Assembly (NCBI GenBank): GCA_950097015.1
Contig: CATNEN010000002.1
Span: 1,674,001 to 1,738,000, forward strand
Direction: 5' to 3'
DNA length: 64,000 bases
DNA from: Macrostomum hystrix
Lineage: Eukaryota; Animalia; Platyhelminthes
The position numbers and the translations under genes were made by a program. Positions 36,801-44,562 of the stretch are shown one piece after another (position 1 is the stretch's first letter; the number at the start of each line of letters is the position of its first letter). Under the pieces are notes generated by a model. It saw only the letters and a list, made by a program, of their open reading frames with translations, was not told the origin of the DNA and made no database searches.

Positions 36801-39800
36801 CGATGTTTCTATCGAGATGCAGTCGAAAGTGTCAACTACGGCCTCACTTCCCGCTGCAGCTACACCTGCTCAGAGTTACAAAGCTAGATTATCTAGCGCT
36901 TGTGCAACAGATGTGGACACATCGCCCGTTTCATGGGGGTCAGCAGGTAAGGCAAAATCTTACTATTAAGTAGCTTCACTGCCTTCTCTATTTTTATGTG
37001 GGATTTCGTATAAGGAACCGTAAGGAATTTTTCACTACCGTATAATAAAGTACCTTAATCCATCAACTTTCTCCTCTAAAGAAATTATAATACCTGTGCG
37101 TCACGCGATTCTAACCGATTCATTTTAGCCCGAGATCGTGGAGACGATCGCAATGAAGACTTGAGAAAAATGATTGCGTCACGAGACAGGGACCGCGATC
37201 AGACCCGGAGTGAGTTCGCCTATCACCTGCCTTATCTCCACCCTCTACCACCTGCCTGCCTTATCTCCACCCTCTACCACCTGCCTGCCTTATCTCCACC
37301 CTCTACCACCTGCCTGCCTTATCTCCACCCTCTACCACCTGCCTGCCTTATCTCCACCCTCTACCACCTACCTGCCTTATCTCCACCCTCTACCACCTAC
37401 CTGCCTTATCTCCACCCTCTACCACCTACCTGCCTTATCTCCACCCTCTACCACCTGCCTGCCTTATCTCCACCCTCTACCACCTACCTGCCTTATCTCC
37501 ACCCTCTACCACCTACCTGCCTTATCTCCACCCTCTACCACCTTCCCCATCTCCACCCTCTACCACCTGCCTTATCTCCACCCTCTACCACCTGCCTTAT
37601 GTTCACCCTCTACTACCTTCCTCATCTCCACCCTCTACCACCTGCCTTATCTCCACCCTCTACCACCTGCCTTATCTCCACCCTCTACCACCCTCCACCC
37701 TCTACCACCTGCCTTATCTCCACCCTCTACTACCTTCCCCATCTCCACCCTCTACCACCTGCCTTATCTCCACCCTCTACTACCTTCCCCATCTCCACCC
37801 TCTACCACCTGCCTTATCTCCACCCTCTACCACCTGCCTTATCTCCACCCTCTACTACCTTCCTCATCTCCACCCTCTACCACCTGCCTCATCTCCACCC
37901 TTAAACGAACTGCTTAACCGTTTTTTACAATGCTTTCCTTTCAGATCGTCATCGATTTGCTAATTTATCTTCTTTCTCTGCTGCTGCTGCTTCGGCCTAT
38001 GCGGCTTCTGCTGATGCTGACGATTTTACTGAACCGCAAGCAAAGACTGTTAGTGCTGTCGGTTTGCTAATGAGGCGCAATATTGCACCGTCTATGTTAT
38101 CAGAGTGCTTCATCGCTACAGCGCCGCCGCCGCCGCCGCCGCCGCTGCTGCCGCCGGCGCCGACGCCGCTGCCGCCGCCGCAGCCGCAGCCGCAGCCGCA
38201 GCCGCAGCCGCAGACGCAGCCGCAGATGCAGATGTCAGCACCGCGGCTTGTACATCAATCAATGCCAAAAGCTACTGGCTTGTCGCTGCAGGAGGAGATG
38301 AGATTGAGAGCTCATTTTGGCGGCGCTCTCCCCAGACCTCCCCCGCCCGGGCTGGTCATATCAGCTCCTTCGAAAGCTCAACTTCTTCAGCAAACCATGT
38401 TGATGGGGCCTTCTTTTGAAGCTTTTAAAGGATCGGTAAAGTTTTCTGGACGAATTTCTAAGAATTCGTCCGTCTTTGGCAGCGCCGGCGGTGGCGGCGG
38501 CGGCGGCAGCGGCGGCGGTGGCGGCTTTGCAGTTGACAGCTTCGAACGGCGTGAAGAATCTTCGCTAGGCGATCTACTACTGCTGGACGTCCTGCCATTG
38601 AGCATCGGCGTCCAAACAGCCGGCGGTTTATTCCTGCCCATTGCGGACCGCAACAGCACAATACCCCTGCGTCGCCGCGTAGCCTTGTCGCCCTACTGGC
38701 CGGGTCAGGCCAGTCTGACGGCCGTCTTCAGCGAAGGCGAGAGTGTTCTGGCCTGCAACAACAGACCGCTGGCTAGACTGACTCTTCCCATCACTGCCGG
38801 CTGCGTTGCCCAAGTCTATGCGGGCGTGGAAATCGACTGTAACGGCCGCCTGGAGGTCGAACTGTCCCTAGACAGCGAATGGGATGTCGGTGACATTGTC
38901 AATGACTACGTGGGATCGTCCTCTAGCGGGCGATTTCGGCGACAGCGAATCGAAAATTCCGAACGACTATCCGCTGAATGCGTTGACCAAGCTGTAAGGC
39001 GAGGCGAGCGCGACAGACGCACATTCTACGCCTTCTGGCGCGATGTTCTCAACCGGCTGGCTGGAAGGCAGAACCTGGTGGCTGCCTGCTCTGAGGTACC
39101 TGACGGTGCCGAGCTCGACCAGCTGCTGTTCGGCTCCGAGCTGATTCGTGAGTCTCAGCACTAGCCAAATCAAATGTCTCTTTTTATCCTATCTGCACCG
39201 AGATACCATCACAATACTCCCAAATCTCATCCCTGATCCCATTTTAGTTATTCCCAATGAGAATGATTAACCCCTTATTCTCCCTTATCCATAAAAAAAT
39301 ACCAAATCTCATCCTTGATCCCATTTCATAAATCCCAAATCTCATTCCTGATCCCATTTCATAAATCCCAAATCTCATTCCTGATCCCATTTCATAAATC
39401 CCAAATCTCATCCCTGATCCCATTTCATAAATCCCAAATCTCATTCCTGATCCCATTTCATAAATCCCAAATCTCATTCCTGATCCCATTTCATAAATCC
39501 CAAATCTCATCCCTGATCCCATTTCGTAAATCCCAAATCTCATTCCTGATCCCATTTTAAATATCCCAAATCTCATTCCTGATCCCATTTTAAATATCCC
39601 AAATCTCATTTCCTGATCCCATTTCATAAATCCCAAATCTCATTCCTGAATCCATTTCATAAATCCCAAATCTCATCCCTGATCCCATTTCATAAATCCC
39701 AAATCTCATTCCTGATCCCATTTTACTGGTCCTAAATCTCATCCCTGATCCCATTTTAAATATCCCAAATCTCATCCTTCATCCCATTTCATTAATCTTA

Positions 39801-40412
39801 AATCTCATTCCTGATCCCATTTCATAAATCCCAAATCTCATTCCTGATCCCATTTTACTGGTCCTAAATCTCATCCCTGATCCCATTCAATCTAGATACC
39901 ATATTTGAGAATCTTAATTTAATAGTTGGTATTTGAGTTTCGCGATATAGAAATAGATAAATTATGTGACAATTTTTATCCTCCTTGCAGCTTTGCGTTT
40001 GAGTGTTTCGTCGGCCGTTTCGCCAGAACTTCAAAGCCTGTTTGACAGTCTCCGATCAGCCAATCGTATCGCTTGGACCACAGGCAATCTGTCAACTATT
40101 GGCATCCCGAATTTCATCTTCAACTGCTGGGAACGGCACCTGCTCACCAATGGGCTGGCCTCGCTAGGCCAGACGGTTGCTAGGGATGTGCTGGACATGC
40201 TGAGCACATGCCTGGCCTTGATGAGATTCTTCAACGAGCCAGCTAGCATTGTGCTTAACAAGTCCAACTCAGAAGCTGAGCAGGCTGGAGTAGCTGCTGC
40301 TCTAGTGTTTGTGCATGAAATTGTCAGCCAGCACTGCCACCTGTGCCGCTCTCTGGAACTCGGCAATCACTGGCCGGATTGGATTGACCAAATTGTCCAG
40401 TTGGTTCTGTAG
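1..40412 (+). CDS. PARP4: PARP4/vault-PARP-like gene, 28 predicted exons, about 2380 aa: join(<1..142,454..649,729..850,16039..16125,16200..16391,17658..17822,19111..19287,19718..20010,20627..21218,21572..22075,23215..23624,24899..25595,26372..26590,26747..26948,27519..27842,29587..29841,31795..31917,32983..33024,33073..33132,33275..33331,34958..35053,35116..35211,35289..35339,35627..35689,36677..36946,37129..37209,37945..39147,39991..40412)
   Basis: Every junction has AG/GT (one GC donor) with matching phases and no internal stop. Domain order and motifs match human PARP4 from BRCT to the terminal [10 protein letters not shown] (human CPRLELGNDW). The smallest exons (18-24) are less certain than the core. 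Confidence 0.9.
1736..2010. mobile_element. hAT-type MITE, 275 bp
   Basis: TIRs cagtggcagatccagg / cctatatctgcctctg (13 of 16 match) and a perfect 8-bp TSD tatacagt at 1728-1735 and 2011-2018. Confidence 0.9.
2163..2830 (-). pseudogene. C-terminal fragment of a Helitron PIF1-like helicase
   Basis: [63 protein letters not shown]; no N-terminal part. Confidence 0.93.
5550..7510. repeat. 23-bp satellite (aatcatggctaaaccagagtttg) in Helitron B; also about 3980-4400 and 10750-13710
   Basis: Directly visible tandem array with higher-order variants. Confidence 0.95.
7540..10065. repeat. 18-bp satellite (tcaactgggggatcattg) in Helitron B; also about 4420-4845 and 13735-15830
   Basis: Directly visible; it is the source of the LGDHCQ/NWGIIV ORFs. 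Confidence 0.95.
10166..15924 (+). mobile_element. Non-autonomous Helitron, copy C
   Basis: Starts TCTACTATACTAAAAATG after copy B's CTAG; ends with hairpin plus CTAG followed by T at 15925. Confidence 0.85.
16039..19287 (+). CDS. PARP4: PARP4 exons 4-7: WGR-like linker and helical regulatory domain
   Basis: [18 protein letters not shown]|[23 protein letters not shown] aligns with human VEMIWAEALGHL..ISLNDVSKAEGIL..MMTEFYRLI..KADLCQ. All junctions are phase 0. Confidence 0.85.
16500..17160. repeat. 26-bp minisatellite (atcttttgggattttagaatgacggt)
   Basis: Tandem array in PARP4 intron 5. Confidence 0.95.
17210..17575 (+). mobile_element. tRNA-derived SINE, full-length copy
   Basis: A-box gtggcagagcgg, B-box gttcgattcc and an (att)n tail; homologous copies elsewhere in the window. 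Confidence 0.85.
17950..19070. repeat. 31-bp minisatellite (caacgaaattctcatacctcacatcaaatat and variant)
   Basis: Tandem array in intron 6. Confidence 0.95.
19432..19572. repeat. Alternating 19+19-bp repeat (tactttaagagcttgcggg / tactttaggggtgtgcggg)
   Basis: Directly visible. Confidence 0.9.
19718..21218 (+). CDS. PARP4: PARP4 exons 8-9: ADP-ribosyltransferase catalytic domain and start of VIT
   Basis: [22 protein letters not shown]|[39 protein letters not shown] matches the PARP4 catalytic core, with the H-Y-E triad present. Confidence 0.95.
21255..21535. repeat. 33-bp minisatellite
   Basis: ctctacccctgctcagtgtgtccttcaggtgct repeats fill intron 9. Confidence 0.9.
21572..22075 (+). CDS. 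PARP4: PARP4 exon 10: VIT domain
   Basis: [51 protein letters not shown] matches the PARP4 VIT domain. Confidence 0.95.
22090..23155. repeat. 20-bp minisatellite (gtgtcagaggtggaggtaga)
   Basis: Tandem array in intron 10. Confidence 0.95.
23215..25595 (+). CDS. PARP4: PARP4 exons 11-12: vWA domain and following region
   Basis: MIDAS elements LDCSRSM, GGTN and ISDG are present, followed by [19 protein letters not shown] and [16 protein letters not shown] as in PARP4. The joining intron uses a GC donor at 23625. Confidence 0.93.
23697..24027 (-). mobile_element. Same SINE family, diverged copy
   Basis: Reverse complement shares gagagaaggcttgggggcttgtcgtg and ccaacctccaaggcacagtga with the 17210 copy. 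Confidence 0.85.
24220..24500. repeat. Tandem repeat of about 91 bp, 3 copies
   Basis: ccgaaaaacggttcgatgcttttctaggaaagaatc recurs three times. Confidence 0.85.
25610..26335. repeat. T/G-rich degenerate repeat (about 47-bp units)
   Basis: tgatagagtctttgttcgattgtttgatgtgtctttgtttgtttctc recurs; similar low-complexity sequence at 26970-27480. Confidence 0.85.
26372..26590 (+). CDS. PARP4: PARP4 exon 13: end of the conserved ITIH/MVP-interaction core
   Basis: [37 protein letters not shown] corresponds to human IIKLSKENSLITQFTSFVAVEKRD..KEDVDFLPYMSW. Confidence 0.92.
26747..26948 (+). CDS. PARP4 exon 14: helical TPR-like insert (phase 0-1)
   Basis: Open frame [60 protein letters not shown] between ctgtag and g|gtaagc. 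It resembles a kinesin-light-chain-type TPR. Confidence 0.7.
27519..27842 (+). CDS. PARP4 exon 15: ubiquitin-like domain (27533-27760) ending LRLRGG
   Basis: 33 of 76 residues identical to ubiquitin, colinear with no gaps (manual count). Acceptor tatcacag, donor a|gtaagt, phase 1-1. Confidence 0.92.
27880..29460. repeat. 22-bp minisatellite (gacactctttagaatctctaat)
   Basis: Fills the intron between the Ub and actin exons. Confidence 0.95.
29587..29841 (+). CDS. PARP4 exon 16: actin N-terminal fragment (about residues 1-58)
   Basis: [41 protein letters not shown] versus actin [41 protein letters not shown]. Acceptor ttcccag, donor t|gttagt, phase 1-1. Confidence 0.88.
29860..31690. repeat. 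22-bp minisatellite (ttgtcactcattagttcctatc), interrupted at 31042-31480
   Basis: Directly visible. Confidence 0.95.
31042..31480. mobile_element. Unclassified 439-bp insertion with CCCGG...CCGGG ends
   Basis: Unique sequence splitting the satellite, with internal GC-rich direct repeats of about 53 bp; no clear TSD. Confidence 0.5.
31795..37209 (+). CDS. PARP4 exons 17-26: ten small (42-270 nt) phase 1-1 exons encoding acidic, low-complexity sequence
   Basis: Each exon is stop-free in the continuing frame, has a length divisible by 3 and is flanked by AG/GT. No recognisable domain. Exon 18 (32983-33024) is the weakest. Confidence 0.7.
31960..32980. repeat. 20-bp minisatellite (tgtgtcactccactacctgc); also 35750-36655, and inverted at 35430-35547
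   Basis: Directly visible on both strands. Confidence 0.95.
33390..34945. repeat. 15-bp minisatellite (acacctgtccctctc and variants)
   Basis: Source of the 544-aa TPVPL ORF. Confidence 0.95.
37220..37900. repeat. 25/29-bp minisatellite (ccttatctccaccctctaccacctg)
   Basis: Tandem array in intron 26. Confidence 0.93.
37945..39147 (+). CDS. PARP4 exon 27: Pro/Gln- and Gly-rich tracts followed by an HSP70 linker and substrate-binding domain (about 38571-39090)
   Basis: [59 protein letters not shown] versus HSC70 [59 protein letters not shown]. Acceptor ctttcag, donor c|gtgagt. Confidence 0.9.
39220..39890. repeat. 33-bp minisatellite (ccaaatctcattcctgatcccatttcataaatc)
   Basis: Tandem array in the last PARP4 intron. 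Confidence 0.93.
39991..40412 (+). CDS. PARP4: PARP4 terminal exon: conserved C-terminal domain
   Basis: [47 protein letters not shown] versus human FLKQKGIQSLGVKGRECLLDLIATMLVL..ICPRLELGNDWDSATKQLL. Phase-1 acceptor ccttgcag. Confidence 0.88.
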
Positions 40413-40564
40413 ATTCAACTGACCCATTATTTGACACTATTTTTTTATTCAGTAACTTTTTATAGCAAATAGACAGTTTGTAATAGCAAGCAAAACATCG
40501 ACTCTAACTTTCGTTGAAAAATGTCTGGACAAAATATGTCTGGGAAGTGCGGAGAGATAAATAT

Positions 40565-41730
40565 ACTGTTAGACATCCAACTATAAACTGTAAGACATCT
40601 AGATATAAACTGTTAGACATCTAGATATAAACTGTTAGACATCTAGATATAAACTGTTAGACATCTAGATATAAACTGTTAGACATCTAGATATAAACTG
40701 TTAGATATCTAGGTAACAACTGTTAGACATATAGATATAAACTGTAAGACATCTAGATATAGTCTGTTAGATATCTAGGTAACAACTGTTAGACATCTAG
40801 ATATAAACTGTTAGACATCTAGATATAAACTGTTAGACATCCAACTATAAACTGTAAGACATCTAGATATAAACTGTTAGACATCTAGATATAAACTGTT
40901 AGACATCTAGATATAAACTGTTAGACATCTAGATATAAACTGTTAGACATCTAGATATAAACTGTTAGACATCTAGATATAAACTGTTAGACATCTAGAT
41001 ATAAACTGTTAGATATCTAGGTAACAACTGTTAGACATATAGATATAAACTGTAAGACATCTAGATATAGTCTGTTAGATATCTAGATATAAACTGTAAG
41101 ACATCTAGATATAGTCTGTTAGATATCTAGGTAACAACTGTTAGACATCTAGATATAAACTGTTAGACATCTAGATATAAACTGTTAGATGTCTAGATAT
41201 AAACTGTTAGACATCTAGATATAAACTGTTAGACATCTAGATATAGTCTGTTAGATATCTAGGTAACAACTGTTAGACATCTAGATATAAACTGTTAGAC
41301 ATCTAGATATAAACTGTTAGATGTCTAGATATAAACTGTTAGACATCTAGATATAAACTGTTAGACATCTAGATACCAACTGTTAGACATCTAGATATAA
41401 ACTGTTAGACATCTAGATATAAACTGTTAAACATCTAGATATAAACTGTTAGACATCTAGATATAAACTGTTAGATGTCTAAATATAAACTGTTAGACAT
41501 CTAGATACAAACTGTTAGACATCTAGATATAAACTGTTAGACATCTAGATATAAACTGTTAAACATCTAGATATAAACTGTTAGACATCTAGATATAAAC
41601 TGTTAGACATCTAGATATAAACTGTTAGACATCTAGATACAAACTGTTAGACATCTAGATATAATCTGTTAGACATCTAGATACAAACTGTTAGACATCT
41701 AGATACAAACTGTTAGACATCTAGCTATGA
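40565..41730. repeat. 22-bp minisatellite (agacatctagatataaactgtt)
   Basis: Tandem array; each unit contains the palindrome atctagat. Confidence 0.95.
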
Positions 41731-42214
41731 ATTGTTAGAAAATTTTGTCCAAGACATTGTCAATCAAGGCGTTTTGTATTTTAAGTATTGACAAAAAAAT
41801 CTTAATTTTTTACTACTTACTAACCATCCATATTTATCCGAGGTATTTTATTGACTTTCAATCAACCCAAATGAAAATAGCGAACGTTTTCTATTCTCTC
41901 GTTTTTATTGATTGATTATCCAACAGCAAATAGCTAGTGTTTGCCGAGTGTTCAGCTCCTCTGTTTGACTAACATTTATTTACTCTGACTGACTGCATAT
42001 TTTATAGACATGCAGAAACGTTTTTATTCAGTTTATGAAGCACAAAAAAATTAATAAATTATATCTATTTACTATTCAGAAAAAAATTATCACAATCCAC
42101 AGATTTCATACTTGAGTTTTTTGAGTCTCAGTTAACTCATGTCATATAGCCTTGCTTAACTTTTTAGCTTGCTTGAATTAGGAACTAGCCTGCTTCGATT
42201 CTAATTCTGAAATC

Positions 42215-44200
42215 CAGATCCCAATCTGCAATCCCAGTTCCAGATCCCACTATCCAATCCCAGTTCCAGATCCCACTCTCCAATCCCAGTTCCAGATCCC
42301 ACTCTACAATCCCAGTTCCAGATCCCACTCTCTAATCCCAGTTCCAGATCCCATTCTCCAATCCCAGTTCCAGATCCCACTCTCTAATCCCAGTTCCAGA
42401 TCCCACTCTCTAATCCCAGTTCCAGATCCCATTCTCCAATCCCAGTTCCAGATCCCACTCTCTAATCCCAGTTCCAGATCCCACTCTCTAATCCCAGTTC
42501 CAGATCCCATTCTCCAATCCCAGTTCCAGATCCCACTCTCCAATCCTAGTTCCAGATCCCACTCTCCAATCCCAGTTCCGGATCCCACTCTCCAATCCTA
42601 GTTCCAGATCCCACTCTCCAATCCTAGTTCCAGATCCCACTCTCCAATCCCAGTTCCAGATCCCATTCTCCAATCCCAGTTCCAGATCCCACTCTCTAAT
42701 CCCAGTTCCAGATCCCACTCTCTAATCCCAGTTCCAGATCCCATTCTCCAATCCCAGTTCCAGATCCCACTCTCCAATCCTAGTTCCAGATCCCACTCTC
42801 CAATCCCAGTTCCGGATCCCACTCTCCAATCCTAGTTCCAGATCCCACTCTCCAATCCCAGTTCCGGATCCCACTATCCAATCCTAGTTCCAGATCCCAC
42901 TCTCCAATCCCAGTTCCAGATCCCACTATCCAATCCTAGTTCCAGATCCCATTCTCCAATCCCAGTTCCAGATCCCACTCTCTAATCCCATTTCCAGATC
43001 CCACTCTCTAATCCCAGTTCCAGATCCCACTCTCCAATCCTAGTTCCAGATCCCACTCTCCAATCCCAGTTCCGGATCCCACTCTCCAATCCCAGTTCCA
43101 GATCCCACTCTCTAATCCCAGTTCCAGATCCCACTCTCTAATCCCAGTTCCAGATCCCACTCTCTAATCCCAGTTCCAGATCCCACTCTCTAATCCCAGT
43201 TCCAGATCCCACTCTCTAATCCCAGTTCCAGATCCCACTCTCTAATCCCAGTTCCACATCCCATTCTCCAACCCCAGTTCCAGATCCCACTCTCTAATCC
43301 CAGTTCCAGATCCCATTCTCCAATCCCAGTTCCAGATCCCACTCTCTAATCCCATTTCCAGATCCCACTCTCTAATCCCAGTTCCAGATCCCACTCTCCA
43401 ATCCTAGTTCCAGATCCCATTCTCCAATCCCAGTTCCAGATCCCATTCTCCAATCCCAGTTCCAGATCCCATTCTCCAATCCCAGTTCCAGATCCCACTA
43501 TCCAATCCTAGTTCCAGATCCCATTCTCCAATCCCAGTTCCAGATCCCATTCTCCAATCCCAGTTCCAGATCCCACTCTCTAATCCCATTTCCAGATCCC
43601 ACTCTCTAATCCCAGTTCCAGATCCCACTCTCCAATCCTAGTTCCAGATCCCACTCTCCAATCCCAGTTCCGGATCCCACTCTCCAATCCCAGTTCCAGA
43701 TCCCACTCTCTAATCCCAGTTCCAGATCCCACTCTCTAATCCCAGTTCCAGATCCCACTCTCCAATCCCAGTTCCAGATCCCACTCTCTAATCCCAGTTC
43801 CAGATCCCACTCTCCAATCCCAGTTCCGGATCCCACTCTCCAATCCCAGTTCCAGATCCCACTCTCTAATCCCAGTTCCAGATCCCACTCTCTAATCCCA
43901 GTTCCAGATCCCACTCTCTAATCCCAGTTCCAGATCCCACTCTCTAATCCCAGTTCCAGATCCCACTCTCTAATCCCAGTTCCAGATCCCATTCTCCAAC
44001 CCCAGTTCCAGATCCCACTCTCTAATCCCAGTTCCAGATCCCACTCTCCAATCCTAGTTCCAGATCCCACTCTCCAATCCCAGTTCCGGATCCCACTCTC
44101 CAATCCTAGTTCCAGATCCCACTCTCCAATCCTAGTTCCAGATCCCACTCTCTAATCCCAGTTCCAGATCCCACTCTCCAATTCCAGTTCCAGATCCCAA
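42215..44200. repeat. 26-bp minisatellite (ccagatcccactctccaatcccagtt)
   Basis: Directly visible. Confidence 0.95.
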
Positions 44201-44289
44201 TCTCTCTAAGCTTTTTGCTAACCCGCTCTAAACCCCGTTTCAGCAATCCACATTGCAGTCCCATTACATCCCAATATCTGAAGAACAGA

Positions 44290-44296
44290 TATAAAA
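44290..44296 (+). promoter_or_regulatory. Possible TATA box of the lectin gene
   Basis: tataaaa about 270 bp upstream of the ATG; a splice acceptor (actttcgagtag) lies 5 nt before the ATG. Confidence 0.3.
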
Positions 44297-44562
44297 GCAG
44301 TTAGCCATTCAGGCAAAATCATTCAAAATTTTTCAACCAATAAAATTGCTGCTTTTTTTAAAGCACTTATAATGGGCTTTTAACTTTTGCAATTGACGAA
44401 TTCTTTCGTGGAAAATTTCTCTATCCTGATCTGTTGGTGTTGAGTTGAGAATATTATAAAGAATTAGCCAAATTCAGCAAAATTATCAAATTGTATAGAG
44501 TGCTTGGCTAGCTTGTCTGTCCACTTAACACTTCTTGTGTCCCTTACTTTCGAGTAGGCCAA

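Noticed and set aside
38064-39164. A stand-alone HSP70 gene
   Set aside because: There is no ATPase domain, the frame extends upstream to an acceptor at 37945, and a phase-1 donor joins it to the PARP4 terminal exon.
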